Positions 29,663 through 41,014 are shown, numbered from the stretch's first letter. The stretch: 64,000 nucleotides of DNA from an uncultured Clostridia bacterium (GCA_944389125.1 CALXLF010000006.1:1-64000), one strand, 5' to 3'. Translations and numbers: made by a program. The notes: generated from the letters alone by a model not told the origin.

Positions 29663-30238
29663 ATGAAAGAAATTGTTTTTGTTACACATAATAAAGGAAA
29701 AGCTAAATCTGCAGAAAGATATTTTAATAATATTGAATTTAAAACATATGATTTTGAATTAGATGAACCAAGAAGTGATGATATAAAAGAAATAGCAACA
29801 GTTAAAGTTAATCAAGCTTTTAAAATGCTAAATAAACCATGTATTGCATTAGATACAGGATTTTTTATAGATGAATTAAATGGATTTCCAAGAGCTTTTG
29901 TTAATTTTTCATTAGATACTATTGGAATTGATGGGATTCTAAAATTGATGCAAGGAAAAGAAAATAGAAAATGCAGATTTGAAGAATGTTTAGCATATCA
30001 TGATGGAAATAAAATACATTATTTTTATGGAAGGCATCCTGGAAATTTATCAACTAAAATTCAAGGAATAAATAGAGATGAAAAATGGTCTGATTTATGG
30101 TATATATTTAAACCTGAACATTTTAACAAAACTTTAGCAGAGATGGATTCAGTAGAACGAGAAGAAAGAAGAAAAATTGATGGATCAGTAGAAGCTCTAA
30201 AAGTTTTTGCAGATTGGTATAGAAAAAATGAACAATAA
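29663..30238 (+). CDS. Ham1/ITPase-family non-canonical purine NTP pyrophosphatase-like protein
   Basis: VFVTHNKGKAKSAE (T.N.GK..E), LDTGFFIDEL and ERRKIDGSVEALK match Ham1/RdgB family landmarks; ORF is open from 29627. Confidence 0.5.
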   Translation: MKEIVFVTHNKGKAKSAERYFNNIEFKTYDFELDEPRSDDIKEIATVKVNQAFKMLNKPCIALDTGFFIDELNGFPRAFVNFSLDTIGIDGILKLMQGKENRKCRFEECLAYHDGNKIHYFYGRHPGNLSTKIQGINRDEKWSDLWYIFKPEHFNKTLAEMDSVEREERRKIDGSVEALKVFADWYRKNEQ

Positions 30239-30324
30239 AAAATTAGAAAAAAAGATTTACATTTAAAATAATTCGTGGTATAAGTAATATATAAAAAATA
30301 CAAAAATATAGAAAGGTAATTAAA

Positions 30325-30495
30325 ATGTATCATTTATTAGTTTTACCAATACTTTTTATTGATTGGATTTTATTATTAGTTGCTAAATATCATGATTATA
30401 AAATAATGTATAAAATTACATTTGTTATTTTGGCAATATGTTTTGTGGCTTTTACAGTTTTATATTTACATTATGAAAATATATTGAATTTTTAA
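30325..30495 (+). CDS. 56-aa hydrophobic small ORF (not in supplied track)
   Basis: ATG preceded by aaggtaa; two predicted TM helices; speculative. Confidence 0.2.
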   Translation: MYHLLVLPILFIDWILLLVAKYHDYKIMYKITFVILAICFVAFTVLYLHYENILNF

Positions 30496-30544
30496 AAAGT
30501 AAAGAAAGGAGAGTTGCTATATTTTTATATAGTACAAATTGAAA

Positions 30545-30910
30545 ATGAGTGAATTAATTATAAAAAAATGTGAAAAATGCGGTGCTTTAGTTAAAATAAT
30601 TAAAGATGGAGGATGTGATATAATGTGTTGCGGAGAGCCAATGAAAACTTTGGTTCCAAATTCAGTTGATGCAGCAGTTGAAAAACATGTTCCAGTAGTA
30701 GAAATTAAAGAAGATAAAGTAATGGTTACAGTAAATCATGTAATGGAAGATGACCATTACATTGAATGGGTTAGCATGGAAAGTGATAAAAATAGTTGTA
30801 CAAAATATTTTAAACCAGGTGAAACAGCAACAACACACTTTAAATATATACCAGGTTCAACAATTTATGCTTATTGTAATAAACATGGACTTTGGAAGAA
30901 AGATGTTTAA
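30545..30910 (+). CDS. dfx: desulfoferrodoxin (superoxide reductase, 2Fe type)
   Basis: N-terminal desulforedoxin CEKCG...CC; C-terminal H..H..C..H SOR centre. Confidence 0.8.
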   Translation: MSELIIKKCEKCGALVKIIKDGGCDIMCCGEPMKTLVPNSVDAAVEKHVPVVEIKEDKVMVTVNHVMEDDHYIEWVSMESDKNSCTKYFKPGETATTHFKYIPGSTIYAYCNKHGLWKKDV

Positions 30911-31324
30911 TATTTATTTTAAGAATAAAAATTAATTCCTTAGAGAAAACTATTATAAAAAGTTTCTTTAAGGAATTTTTTTTATAAAATTATTTTAAGG
31001 AGAATGTTTATGAATGAACAAAAGGATTTAAATGATGATAATGAGAATGAAGAAAATGTAACAAAATATGGAGAAGAAGTTTGTACACAATTCGTATGGC
31101 TTCCTCTTAATAAACAAAAAGAAAATGCTGAAAGGTTTGATAAGATAACCAAAAAGAAAAAGTAATGCTTTGTTTTAAGCCTAAAATAGTTTTTTCCTCA
31201 AAATGCTTGCAATTTAGAAATATTGTGGTATAATATAAAAGCTGTTATTTATGAAATGGCTTTGCACTATACTTATATAGTACAAAATAAAGAAGTAATC
31301 ATAAAAATGGAGGATGATTTAAAA

Positions 31325-32743
31325 ATGCAAGTTAAGGTCGAAAAATCTGACAAAAATAATGAAATGAAATTAGAGTTTACTGTTGAGGCAAAGAAATTTA
31401 CAGATGCTATGCAAAAGATATTTAATCATAATGCTAAATACTTTTCAATTCCAGGATTTAGAAAAGGTAAAGCACCTATGAATATAGTAGAAAAATACTA
31501 TGGAGCAGAAATCTTTTATGAAGATGCTTTTAACGATTTATTTAGTGAAGTTTATCCGGAAGCTATAAAAGAAAATAAATTAGAAGTTATGACTAAACCA
31601 GATGTTGATATCAAACAAATGGAAAAAGGAAAAGACTTAGAATTTACTGTTACAGTAGGTGTTAAACCAGAAGTTAAACTTGGAAACTATAAAGGATTAG
31701 AAATAGAAAAAGTTGAATATAAAGTAACAGATAAAGATGTAGAAGATGAATTAAAACAAGTTCAAGAAAAAAATTCAAGATTAGTTTCAGTAGATAATAG
31801 ACCAGTTAAATCTGGAGATACAACAGTTATTGATTTTGAAGGATTTGTAGATGACAAAGCTTTTGATGGTGGAAAAGCTGAAAATCATGAATTAGTTATA
31901 GGAAGTAATACTTTTATTCCAGGATTTGAAGATCAAATTATTGGTATGAAAATTGATGAGGAAAAAGATATCAAAGTTAAATTCCCTGAAGACTATTTCT
32001 CAAAAGATTTAGCTGGAAAAGATGCTACATTTAAAGTAACTTTACATGAAATAAAAGAAAAAGAGTTACCAAAACTTGATGATGAATTTGCAAAAGATGT
32101 CAGCGAATTCGATACTTTAGATGAATATAAAGCAAATATTAAATTCAAGAAAGAAGAACAAGCAGATGAAAGAGCAAAACATGAAATGGAAGATGCAGTT
32201 GTAAATAAAGCTGTAGAAGCTGCTGAAGTAGAAATTTCTGACCCAATGGTTGAACTTGAATTAGATAATATGTTACAAGATATGGATAGAAGACTTTCAT
32301 ATCAAGGATTTAAAATGGAGCAATACTTAAAAATGATTGGAAAAACAGTAGCTGATTTTAGAAATGAAAATAGAGAAGTTGCTAAAAATTCAATCAAAGT
32401 GAGATTAGTTTTAGAAGCTATTTGTAAAGACGCAAAAATAGAAGTTGACGAAAAAGAAATAAATGACAAAGTTACAGAGTTAGCTAAAACATATGGAAGA
32501 AAAGAAGAAGATTTAAAAGCAAATGAAGAACTAATGGAAAATATCAAAGGAACAATCGAAAATGACAAAGTTATAAAACTTTTATTAGATAATGCAAAAT
32601 TAGTAGCTAAAAAAGAGGAAAAACCTAAAAAAGAAAAAAGTGAAGCTGATGACAAAAAACAAGATAAAAAGGAAGGTAAAAAAGAAGAAAAGAAATCTAC
32701 TAAATCAGAATCTTCAGATAAAAAAGCATCAAGCAAAAAGTAA
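31325..32743 (+). CDS. tig: trigger factor
   Basis: MQVKVEK.. N-terminus, PPIase core and Lys-rich C-terminal tail; ggagg RBS before ATG 31325; lies upstream of clpP-clpX. Confidence 0.9.
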   Translation: MQVKVEKSDKNNEMKLEFTVEAKKFTDAMQKIFNHNAKYFSIPGFRKGKAPMNIVEKYYGAEIFYEDAFNDLFSEVYPEAIKENKLEVMTKPDVDIKQMEKGKDLEFTVTVGVKPEVKLGNYKGLEIEKVEYKVTDKDVEDELKQVQEKNSRLVSVDNRPVKSGDTTVIDFEGFVDDKAFDGGKAENHELVIGSNTFIPGFEDQIIGMKIDEEKDIKVKFPEDYFSKDLAGKDATFKVTLHEIKEKELPKLDDEFAKDVSEFDTLDEYKANIKFKKEEQADERAKHEMEDAVVNKAVEAAEVEISDPMVELELDNMLQDMDRRLSYQGFKMEQYLKMIGKTVADFRNENREVAKNSIKVRLVLEAICKDAKIEVDEKEINDKVTELAKTYGRKEEDLKANEELMENIKGTIENDKVIKLLLDNAKLVAKKEEKPKKEKSEADDKKQDKKEGKKEEKKSTKSESSDKKASSKK

Positions 32744-32763
32744 TATAATTAAAGTAAATAGAG

Positions 32764-32810
32764 AAGATTACCCTTTTGATTTTAGGGTAATCTTTTTTAT
32801 AATACATATA
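32764..32810 (+). terminator. rho-independent terminator after tig
   Basis: agattaccct..agggtaatct stem followed by ttttttat. Confidence 0.55.
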
Positions 32811-32921
32811 AAAAATATAGGTTTTTTTGTCGAAAAATAAATACTGAAAAATTTTTAAAAGTATTGAAAAAAATCAAGAGTTGTTATATAGTATGTATAA
32901 ATTTTAAAGGAGGAAATTAAA

Positions 32922-33524
32922 ATGGAAAAAAATACATTAATACCTTATGTAATAGAACAAACAAGTAAAGGTGAAAGATCATATGATATTTATTCAAGAT
33001 TATTAAAAGATAGAATTATAATGTTAGCAGAAGACGTAAATCCAACATCAGCAAATGTTATTATAGCAGAAATGTTGTTTCTAGAATCAGAGGATCCTGA
33101 TAAAGAAATACATTTTTATATTAATTCACCAGGAGGTTCTATAGTTGATGGAATGGCTATTATTGATACTATGAATTATATAAAATGCCCAGTTTCAACT
33201 ATTTGTGTTGGTATGGCTGCTAGTATGGGATCTGTCCTTTTAACATGCGGAGAAAAAGGTAAAAGATTTGCAACACCTAATTCAGAAATTTTAATACATC
33301 AACCTTTAATTGGTGGAAATGGATTATCAGGACAAACAACTGATATTAAAATTCATACAGATCACTTAGTAAAAACTAGAGAAAAAATGAATAAACTATT
33401 AAGTGAAAGAACTGGTCAACCAATCGAAAAAATTATGGAAGATACAGAAAGAGATAATTATATGACAGCAGAAGAAGCTCTAAAATATGGATTGATTGAC
33501 GAAATTTTAGAAAAAAGAATTTAG
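32922..33524 (+). CDS. clpP: ATP-dependent Clp protease proteolytic subunit
   Basis: GMAASMGS catalytic Ser and HQPL motifs. Confidence 0.95.
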   Translation: MEKNTLIPYVIEQTSKGERSYDIYSRLLKDRIIMLAEDVNPTSANVIIAEMLFLESEDPDKEIHFYINSPGGSIVDGMAIIDTMNYIKCPVSTICVGMAASMGSVLLTCGEKGKRFATPNSEILIHQPLIGGNGLSGQTTDIKIHTDHLVKTREKMNKLLSERTGQPIEKIMEDTERDNYMTAEEALKYGLIDEILEKRI

Positions 33525-33564
33525 TAGTTCAAAAAAACAAATTTTTTGAACAGAAAGGATTGTT

Positions 33565-34875
33565 ATGGCTAAAACAACTGGAAACAGTATAAGATGCTCA
33601 TTTTGTGGAAGACCTCAAGAAGCTGTAAAAAAAATAATTGCAGGACCAAGTGGCGTTTTTATTTGTGATGAATGTGTTGCTGTTTGTCAAAATATAATGG
33701 AAACAGAAAATTTTGAAGAATATGAAGACAATGATGTATCTACAAATATTCCAAACCCTGCAGAAATTAAAAAAGTATTAGATGATTACGTAATTGGACA
33801 GGAAGAAGCTAAGAAAACTCTTTCTGTAGCAGTATACAATCATTATAAAAGAATAAATAGTTTGGATTTTTCTAATAATGATGTTGAAATTCAAAAAAGT
33901 AATATATTATTATTAGGTCCAACTGGTTGTGGAAAAACATTATTAGCACAAACTTTAGCTAAAGTTTTAAATGTTCCATTTGCAATAGCAGATGCTACAA
34001 CTTTAACAGAAGCTGGCTATGTTGGTGAAGATGTTGAAAATATTCTTTTGAAACTTTTACAAGCTGCAAATATGGATGTTGAAAAAGCAGAAAGAGGAAT
34101 TATTTATATTGATGAAATTGATAAAATTTCTAGAAAATCTGAAAATCCTTCTATAACAAGAGATGTAAGTGGAGAAGGAGTTCAACAAGCTCTTCTTAAA
34201 ATAATAGAAGGAACAGTAGCTTCTGTACCTCCTCAAGGTGGTAGAAAACATCCACATCAAGAATTTATTCAAATTGATACTTCAAATATATTATTTATTT
34301 GTGGTGGCGCTTTTGAAGGACTTGATAATATTATAAAAGATAGAATAGGTAAAAAATCTATTGGATTTGGAGCTACAATTGAAAGTAAAAAAGATGTAAA
34401 TAGAACAGAAATTTTAAAACAAATGTTACCACAAGATCTTTTAAAATTTGGAATGATTCCAGAATTTGTTGGAAGACTTCCAATAGTTGCAACATTAGAT
34501 GCATTAACAAAAGAAGCATTGGTTGATATTTTAACAAAACCAAAAAATTCTTTAATAAAACAATATACAAAATTAGTTGAGTTAGATGGTGTTGAACTTG
34601 AGTTTGAGCCAGAAGCTATTCAAGCTATAGTTGATCAAGCAATAGAAAGAAATACTGGTGCTAGAGGCTTACGTTCAATAATAGAAAATATAATGAGAGA
34701 TATAATGTTTGAGATTCCTTCAAATTATAAGATTACAAAATGCATTATAACAAAGGATACAGCATTAAATAAAGCACAACCAAAAATTATAATGGATGAA
34801 AATAAAAAAAGAGAGCCTTTAAAAATGAGATCAACTAATGGAAGAATGAAAAAATCAAAAAATAAAACAGCTTAA
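33565..34875 (+). CDS. clpX: ATP-dependent Clp protease ATP-binding subunit ClpX
   Basis: C4 zinc finger CSFCGR..CDEC; Walker A GPTGCGKT. Confidence 0.95.
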   Translation: MAKTTGNSIRCSFCGRPQEAVKKIIAGPSGVFICDECVAVCQNIMETENFEEYEDNDVSTNIPNPAEIKKVLDDYVIGQEEAKKTLSVAVYNHYKRINSLDFSNNDVEIQKSNILLLGPTGCGKTLLAQTLAKVLNVPFAIADATTLTEAGYVGEDVENILLKLLQAANMDVEKAERGIIYIDEIDKISRKSENPSITRDVSGEGVQQALLKIIEGTVASVPPQGGRKHPHQEFIQIDTSNILFICGGAFEGLDNIIKDRIGKKSIGFGATIESKKDVNRTEILKQMLPQDLLKFGMIPEFVGRLPIVATLDALTKEALVDILTKPKNSLIKQYTKLVELDGVELEFEPEAIQAIVDQAIERNTGARGLRSIIENIMRDIMFEIPSNYKITKCIITKDTALNKAQPKIIMDENKKREPLKMRSTNGRMKKSKNKTA

Positions 34876-34887
34876 TAAATATGAAAT

Positions 34888-34932
34888 ATGCCTAAATTAT
34901 TAGATAAAATTCTAATGATTTAGGCTTTTTTT
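34888..34932 (+). terminator. rho-independent terminator after clpX
   Basis: gcctaaat...atttaggc stem followed by ttttttt. Confidence 0.55.
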
Positions 34933-35059
34933 ATGTAAAACAATTTATAATTTTATGTTATTAAAATTCTATGAATAAAAAATAAAAAAGTATTGATTTT
35001 TAAAATGAAATTAAATATAATAGTAATGAATTTTAAAAAAGTTTTTATGGGAGGTTATA

Positions 35060-36400
35060 ATGGAAGAAAATAAAAACGAAGTAATTAAGAACAGTGCTGA
35101 AGATAATGCACCAGTAAAAAATGAGGAACCTAAAAAAAGTGACGAAGTAAAAACTGAAATAAAAAAAGAGGAGCCTAAAAAAGCTAAGGAAGCTAAATCA
35201 GAAGCAAAAAAAGCAGAGCCTAAAAAACCTAAGGATCCTGCTAAAAAGAAAAAAGGTATTATGATTGCTGTATTAATTATAATAATTATTGCTGTTATAG
35301 CAGCTGTTATTGTTTACTTTACAGTATTTCATAGAAAAACAATTGATTTAGCAGATTATATTGATGTTAAATATTATACAGATAACTCAAGTAGCTATTA
35401 TTATGATGATACTGATACACCAGCATATAATGGTTATACAACAGCTCAAGTTTCATTAGATGAGGATAAATTAAAAGATCTTTTGGATAGTAAAAGAAAA
35501 GCTGAAAAATTTATTGAAAAAGCTACTTTAACAGTTGAAAATGATAATAATGGTAATTTATCTAATGGCGATACTTTAGAGATTAAAATTGATATTTCAA
35601 ATAATTATTTAAAAGATGAAAAATTAAAATTAAAAGATGATACTATTACTGTTACTGTTGATGGACTTGAAGAAGCAGATGTTTTAGATTTATTTGGAGA
35701 AGATGATTTTGAAGTTGACGTTACAGGTGTTTCACCTGATTTAAGTATATCTGTAAATAATAATAGTACTAATAAATTTATAAAAGATAATGTAACATAT
35801 AGTGTAGATAAATATAGTGGAGTTGCAAATGGTGATACTGTTACTATAACTGCATATTATGATAAATCAGCTGCACTTGATGAAGGAATAATAATTGCAG
35901 ATGATACTTATGATTATACTGTAGAAGGTATGCCTGAATATGTAGATTCTGTTGATGAATTAAATGATACTGAATTAGAAACTTTAAGAGCAGGATTTTT
36001 AGAGAATGTAAAAGAAGCAATTACAGATGAAGGTGTATATATTATTTCAAGAAATTATGATGGAGTAGAATATGGTGCTGAATATACAACATCTGAGCCA
36101 GAGCTTATGGCAACATATTTATTAACTAAAAAAGGAACATCAAGTTCATGGAATGCTGATAACAGAGTATCAGCTATATATAAAGTAGTTTATACTATTA
36201 CATCAACAGGTGCTACTTATGAGTGGTATTATGTAGCTAGTACAACTGATGTTGCTGTTCAAGATGGAAACTTATATGATGCTGAAGATATTTCTTATAG
36301 TGTTTCAGGAAGTTGGGATGATGGTAAAACTCAAGATGAAGCATATAATGATTTAATTGATTCATATAAATCAAATTATGTAATAGAAACTGTTGAATAA
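35060..36400 (+). CDS. membrane-anchored hypothetical protein (Lys/Glu-rich N-terminus, single TM, large extracytoplasmic domain)
   Basis: first of three consecutive genes with the same architecture. Confidence 0.45.
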   Translation: MEENKNEVIKNSAEDNAPVKNEEPKKSDEVKTEIKKEEPKKAKEAKSEAKKAEPKKPKDPAKKKKGIMIAVLIIIIIAVIAAVIVYFTVFHRKTIDLADYIDVKYYTDNSSSYYYDDTDTPAYNGYTTAQVSLDEDKLKDLLDSKRKAEKFIEKATLTVENDNNGNLSNGDTLEIKIDISNNYLKDEKLKLKDDTITVTVDGLEEADVLDLFGEDDFEVDVTGVSPDLSISVNNNSTNKFIKDNVTYSVDKYSGVANGDTVTITAYYDKSAALDEGIIIADDTYDYTVEGMPEYVDSVDELNDTELETLRAGFLENVKEAITDEGVYIISRNYDGVEYGAEYTTSEPELMATYLLTKKGTSSSWNADNRVSAIYKVVYTITSTGATYEWYYVASTTDVAVQDGNLYDAEDISYSVSGSWDDGKTQDEAYNDLIDSYKSNYVIETVE

Positions 36401-36485
36401 TATAATTTCTATTGACAAAAAATGTTGTTATAAATATAATATAATAAAATTAAGTAAAAAAATATAAATATAGAAAGGGGATTTT

Positions 36486-37109
36486 ATGGAAGAGAATAAA
36501 GACCAAAAAGCAGTAGAAGCAGAAGTTATTAAAGAAAATACTTCTTCTACAAACAAAGTTGTTGAATTTATTAAAGCTAAAAAATTAATAATAGGTGTAA
36601 TTATTATAGCTATTATACTTATTATTGTTATAGTTAATTTAATAGTTGTTAGCCCAAAAGAGGCTGTTAAGAAATTTGTTAAAGCATTTGATAATGCTGA
36701 TTTAGAAAAAATGGTTGATTCTATGGATGTCGCTGGATTTTATGTTTTATCTGGATTAGACGAAGATGAATATGATGATTTTTGGAGTGAATATAAAGAT
36801 TTCAAAGATACAAGCGATTATGAAGATTTGATGGATAATATGAATGATACTTTAGATGATAAAGATGCCTTAGAAGAAGCAGAAGATCAATTAAAAGATC
36901 TTGATTATTCTATGAAAATAGATAAAATTAAAGAAGTAAAGAAAATATCAAGTCACTTATACAGAGTAAAAATAAAATTAAAATTAACATATGATGATGA
37001 AGAGGATACTCAAACAGTAAATTGCTATGTTATGAAAGATGGAACAAAATCATATGTAATAGATTTTAAAAATAGTTCAGGTAGTTCACTTTTAAATTCT
37101 ATGTTTTAA
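36486..37109 (+). CDS. membrane-anchored hypothetical protein (same architecture)
   Basis: MEENK start, TM IIGVIIIAIILIIVIV, acidic extracytoplasmic domain. Confidence 0.45.
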   Translation: MEENKDQKAVEAEVIKENTSSTNKVVEFIKAKKLIIGVIIIAIILIIVIVNLIVVSPKEAVKKFVKAFDNADLEKMVDSMDVAGFYVLSGLDEDEYDDFWSEYKDFKDTSDYEDLMDNMNDTLDDKDALEEAEDQLKDLDYSMKIDKIKEVKKISSHLYRVKIKLKLTYDDEEDTQTVNCYVMKDGTKSYVIDFKNSSGSSLLNSMF

Positions 37110-37181
37110 GAGTAAAAAATAGTAGGGGGTATTTTAAAAGGGTACTCCCTCATTTTATCTAAAAATAAAGGAGATACAAAT

Positions 37182-38051
37182 ATGGATGATGAGAAAAAAG
37201 AAGAAGAATTAAAAAAGGTTAATGAGAATGAAAAAAGTGTCGAAGAAACTAAATCTGAAAGTGATGTATATATTCCAGAACAATTAGATGATGAAGATTT
37301 TGAAAAAGAAAAAGAAAAAATTAAAGCAGAAAAAGCTGCTAAAAAAGCTGAAAAAAAAGCAAAAAAACAAGCTGAAAAGGCTAAAAAAGCTGGAGAAAAT
37401 GCAGATGGCGATGAAACAAAAAAAGTAGATCATAAAAAAAGAAAACAAAGAATAGTTACTATTGCAATAATAGTTATAATTATTTTATTTATTTTAATTG
37501 GAGTAGCAGGTTATTTAATTTATGCTATAAATAAACCAGAAAATGCAATTGAAGATTTTGTTTCATATGTTAATGAAGAAGATTGGAATAATGCATATAA
37601 TTTAATTGATATGCAAGGATATATGACAATGGCTTTAATTGATTATGAATCTCAAGATGATTCTAATGTTAGTTATTCAGAGTTTGAAAATAAATATGAT
37701 AATGTTTATAACGAACTAAATGATATAGGATATGGTCAATTGCAAGACGTTGTAGAATATGGTGAAGAAAATAGTGTTGATCTTTTGCAAACATTATTTA
37801 CTGATACATCATTTACTGTAGATTCAGTTGATAGTGTTGAAAAAATTGGAGATACAAAGTTATATAAAGTAACAGTAGAACTTACAATTAAAGATGATAC
37901 AGGTTCATCTAGCGATTCAACAGATACTTATGAAATGTATGTTGCTAAAATAGATGGAAAATATAAAATTGTTGGCGGAGCATTTCCTGCTATAATTTTC
38001 TACTATTATCAATATAATTATGCATATTCTTCATATTATTCAGGACAATAA
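37182..38051 (+). CDS. membrane-anchored hypothetical protein (same architecture)
   Basis: KAEKKAKK N-terminus, TM, extracytoplasmic domain similar in outline to the previous ORF. Confidence 0.45.
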   Translation: MDDEKKEEELKKVNENEKSVEETKSESDVYIPEQLDDEDFEKEKEKIKAEKAAKKAEKKAKKQAEKAKKAGENADGDETKKVDHKKRKQRIVTIAIIVIIILFILIGVAGYLIYAINKPENAIEDFVSYVNEEDWNNAYNLIDMQGYMTMALIDYESQDDSNVSYSEFENKYDNVYNELNDIGYGQLQDVVEYGEENSVDLLQTLFTDTSFTVDSVDSVEKIGDTKLYKVTVELTIKDDTGSSSDSTDTYEMYVAKIDGKYKIVGGAFPAIIFYYYQYNYAYSSYYSGQ

Positions 38052-38066
38052 AGGAGTTAAATTAAG

Positions 38067-39260
38067 ATGTACGAAATATTCGCAGATATGCACATTCATA
38101 TTGGTAGAAGTGAGAATGGAAAGCCTATTAAAATTACGGCTGCTAGAAGTTTGAATTTTGCTAATATAGCAAAAGAATGTGTTACAAGAAAAGGAATTAA
38201 TTTAGCAGGAATAATAGATTGTGCTTCACCATATGTTATTGAAGATATCGAAAATTTTTTAAAAACTGGAGAAGCCTATGAACTTGAAAAAGGTGGAATA
38301 ATTTATAAAGATAAAGTATGTATAATACTTGGAAGTGAAATTGAAACATCTGAAATAAATGATGAAGGAAAAACTGGAAGTGCACATAATTTATGCTATT
38401 TTCCACATTTATCAGATATTAAAAAATTCTCAAATGAAATGTCACATCATATAAAAAATATAACTTTAAGTTCACAAAGATGTGATTTATCGGCTTATGA
38501 ACTTATAGATATAGTAGAAAAGTATAATGGAATTTTAGTGCCTGCTCATTGTTTTACACCTCATAAAAGTTTTTATGGTAATTGTACTTCAAGTTTAAGA
38601 AGGATTTTTAAAGAAAAATTTGATAGAATTTATGCAATAGAATTAGGATTAAGTGCAGATACATATTTGGCTGATAAAATATCAGAACTAGAAACTAAAA
38701 CTTTTCTTACTAATTCTGATGCACATTCTCTACCTAAAATTGCAAGAGAATATAATAAAATGCAAGTTGAAGATATAAATTATGAAGAATTTCTAAAAGT
38801 TTTAAAAAGAGAAGATGGAAGAAAAATATTAAAAAATTATGGACTTGATCCAAAGCTAGGAAAATATCATAGAACATATTGTGAAGTTTGTAAAAAACAA
38901 ATTCCAGGAATACCTCCTGTTACAAAATGTGATACATGTGATAGTAGGAATATTACAATGGGAGTTTATGATAGAATAGAAATTATAAAAGATAAAAAAG
39001 AATCAAAAAGTCCTGGTTTTAGGCCAGAATATGTTTATCAGATTCCGCTTACTTTTATACCAGGATTAGGTCAAAAAACGATAGATAAACTTTTAGAGCA
39101 TTTTGGAACAGAAATGACTATATTACATAAACTTTCAAATGATGATATAGAAGCATTTGTTGGTGAAAAATTAGCAAGAAATATAGAAAACGCAAGAGAT
39201 GGAAAATTTGAAATAAAAGAAGGTGGCGGAGGAGTATATGGTCATCTGACTGCTAGTTAA
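38067..39260 (+). CDS. PHP-domain / TIGR00375 (endonuclease Q-like) protein
   Basis: N-terminal FADMHIHIGRS PHP-type metal site; C-terminal Zn-ribbon CEVCKK..CDTCDS. Confidence 0.45.
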   Translation: MYEIFADMHIHIGRSENGKPIKITAARSLNFANIAKECVTRKGINLAGIIDCASPYVIEDIENFLKTGEAYELEKGGIIYKDKVCIILGSEIETSEINDEGKTGSAHNLCYFPHLSDIKKFSNEMSHHIKNITLSSQRCDLSAYELIDIVEKYNGILVPAHCFTPHKSFYGNCTSSLRRIFKEKFDRIYAIELGLSADTYLADKISELETKTFLTNSDAHSLPKIAREYNKMQVEDINYEEFLKVLKREDGRKILKNYGLDPKLGKYHRTYCEVCKKQIPGIPPVTKCDTCDSRNITMGVYDRIEIIKDKKESKSPGFRPEYVYQIPLTFIPGLGQKTIDKLLEHFGTEMTILHKLSNDDIEAFVGEKLARNIENARDGKFEIKEGGGGVYGHLTAS

Positions 39261-39342
39261 AAGTATTCATAAAAATGTAATTAAATAAAAAAAGCTGAAT
39301 ATATTTTATGTATATTCAGTTTTTTTATTTAGGAGAGTTTTT

Positions 39343-39924
39343 ATGAAATTGATATTTGAATACATAAAAAAATATAAAATAACATATATTGGAGTAGTAA
39401 TAATTTTCATAATTGGTTTGTTTATAGGGTTAATAATTAGTTTTAGAACATCTGAAGATGATAAAAAAGAGATTAAAAGTTATGTCTTAGAATCAATTCA
39501 AAGTCTAAAAGATAATAAAGATAACAAACAAGAAATTTTTATTTCAACTTTTTCACAAAATGTAAAATTTATATTTGTAACATGGCTTTTAGGATGTACA
39601 ATTATTGGTGGGTTTACAATTTATATATTAATGTTATATAAAGGATTTTTAATAGGTTACATAATATCTATAGTTATAAATATCTTTGGTCTAAAACAAG
39701 GACTGACATTTTTAAATATTCTTTTGATTTTACAAAATTTGGTCCTTTTACCAGCACTGTTTTTACTTGCAACAAGTGGAATTAGACTTTATAAGGAAAT
39801 TATAAAAAAAGAAATAGATTTCAAATATGAGCTTATAAGACATTGTGTAATTGGTTTTTTATGTATAGGAGTAGCGATAATTTCGAGCTGCTTGGAAGCT
39901 TATTTTGCAGTACTTTTTTTATAA
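39343..39924 (+). CDS. spoIIM: stage II sporulation protein M-like membrane protein
   Basis: 5-TM ~190 aa with a C-terminal EAY motif; lies upstream of xerD as in many Clostridia. Confidence 0.5.
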   Translation: MKLIFEYIKKYKITYIGVVIIFIIGLFIGLIISFRTSEDDKKEIKSYVLESIQSLKDNKDNKQEIFISTFSQNVKFIFVTWLLGCTIIGGFTIYILMLYKGFLIGYIISIVINIFGLKQGLTFLNILLILQNLVLLPALFLLATSGIRLYKEIIKKEIDFKYELIRHCVIGFLCIGVAIISSCLEAYFAVLFL

Positions 39925-40016
39925 AAATTTTATGAAAACTATTTACATTTTATATAAGATTTGATATAACATAAGTGTCTTATGTAAATAATTAATAAAA
40001 AGGGATGGGAGCAAAA

Positions 40017-40898
40017 ATGGAAAAACAGATAATGAACTTTCTAAATTTTTTAGAAAATGATAAAAAATTAGTAAGTAATACTTTACAATCATACAAGAGA
40101 GATATTTTACAATATAAAGAATATGTAGAAGAGAATAATATTAATTATTTAAAAGTCAATAGTAAAACTATTGAAAAATATTTTGATTATTTAAAAGATG
40201 AGGGAAAAAAGACATCAACTATTTCAAGAAATTTGGCTTCAATTAGATCTTTTTATCAATTTTTAGTTAGAACCAAAAAAATAAAAAAAGATCCAACTAT
40301 TTCTATTCAATCACCAAAAGTTGAGAAAAAAGCTCCAAATATTTTAACTTCTAAAGAAGTAGAATTATTATTAGAACAACCAAATACAGTTGATTTAAAG
40401 GGAATTAGAGATAAAGCAATGCTTGAATTTGCATATGCAACAGGAATGAGAGTTACAGAAATTATTTCATTAGATGTAAGTGATGTCAATTTTAAAGATG
40501 GATTTGTAATTTGTAAGTCAGGACGTAAAAAAAGGACCATACCTTTAGGACATATATCTTTGAAAGCATTGGAAGATTATGTAAAAACTTCTAGACCATA
40601 CTTAATAAAAGATGAAAATGAAAAAGCTTTATTTGTTAATATAAATGGTAACAGACTTACAAGACAAGGTTTTTGGAAAATCGTAAAATTTTATAAAGAG
40701 CAGGCAAATATTTCTAAAGACATTACACCACACATTTTAAGACATTCTTTTGCAACTCACCTTTTGCAAAATGGTGCGGATTTAAAATCAATTCAATCAA
40801 TGCTTGGACATTCAGATATATCTTCAACTCAGGTTTATATGCAATTTCAAAATGAAAATTTAAAAGAAATTTATAAAAAAGCTCATCCAAGAGCATAA
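40017..40898 (+). CDS. xerD: site-specific tyrosine recombinase XerD
   Basis: R..HxxR..Y catalytic residues (LRHSFATHLL..GHSDISSTQVY). Confidence 0.85.
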   Translation: MEKQIMNFLNFLENDKKLVSNTLQSYKRDILQYKEYVEENNINYLKVNSKTIEKYFDYLKDEGKKTSTISRNLASIRSFYQFLVRTKKIKKDPTISIQSPKVEKKAPNILTSKEVELLLEQPNTVDLKGIRDKAMLEFAYATGMRVTEIISLDVSDVNFKDGFVICKSGRKKRTIPLGHISLKALEDYVKTSRPYLIKDENEKALFVNINGNRLTRQGFWKIVKFYKEQANISKDITPHILRHSFATHLLQNGADLKSIQSMLGHSDISSTQVYMQFQNENLKEIYKKAHPRA

Positions 40899-41014
40899 GA
40901 ATTTGTTTTATATAATGCTAATTTAAGAACATTGTTTAATAGCAACTAAAGTTGAACTGTTAATCAATGTTCTTTTAACTTCTAAAATAAAATATAGAAA
41001 AAAGAGGATTTTTT

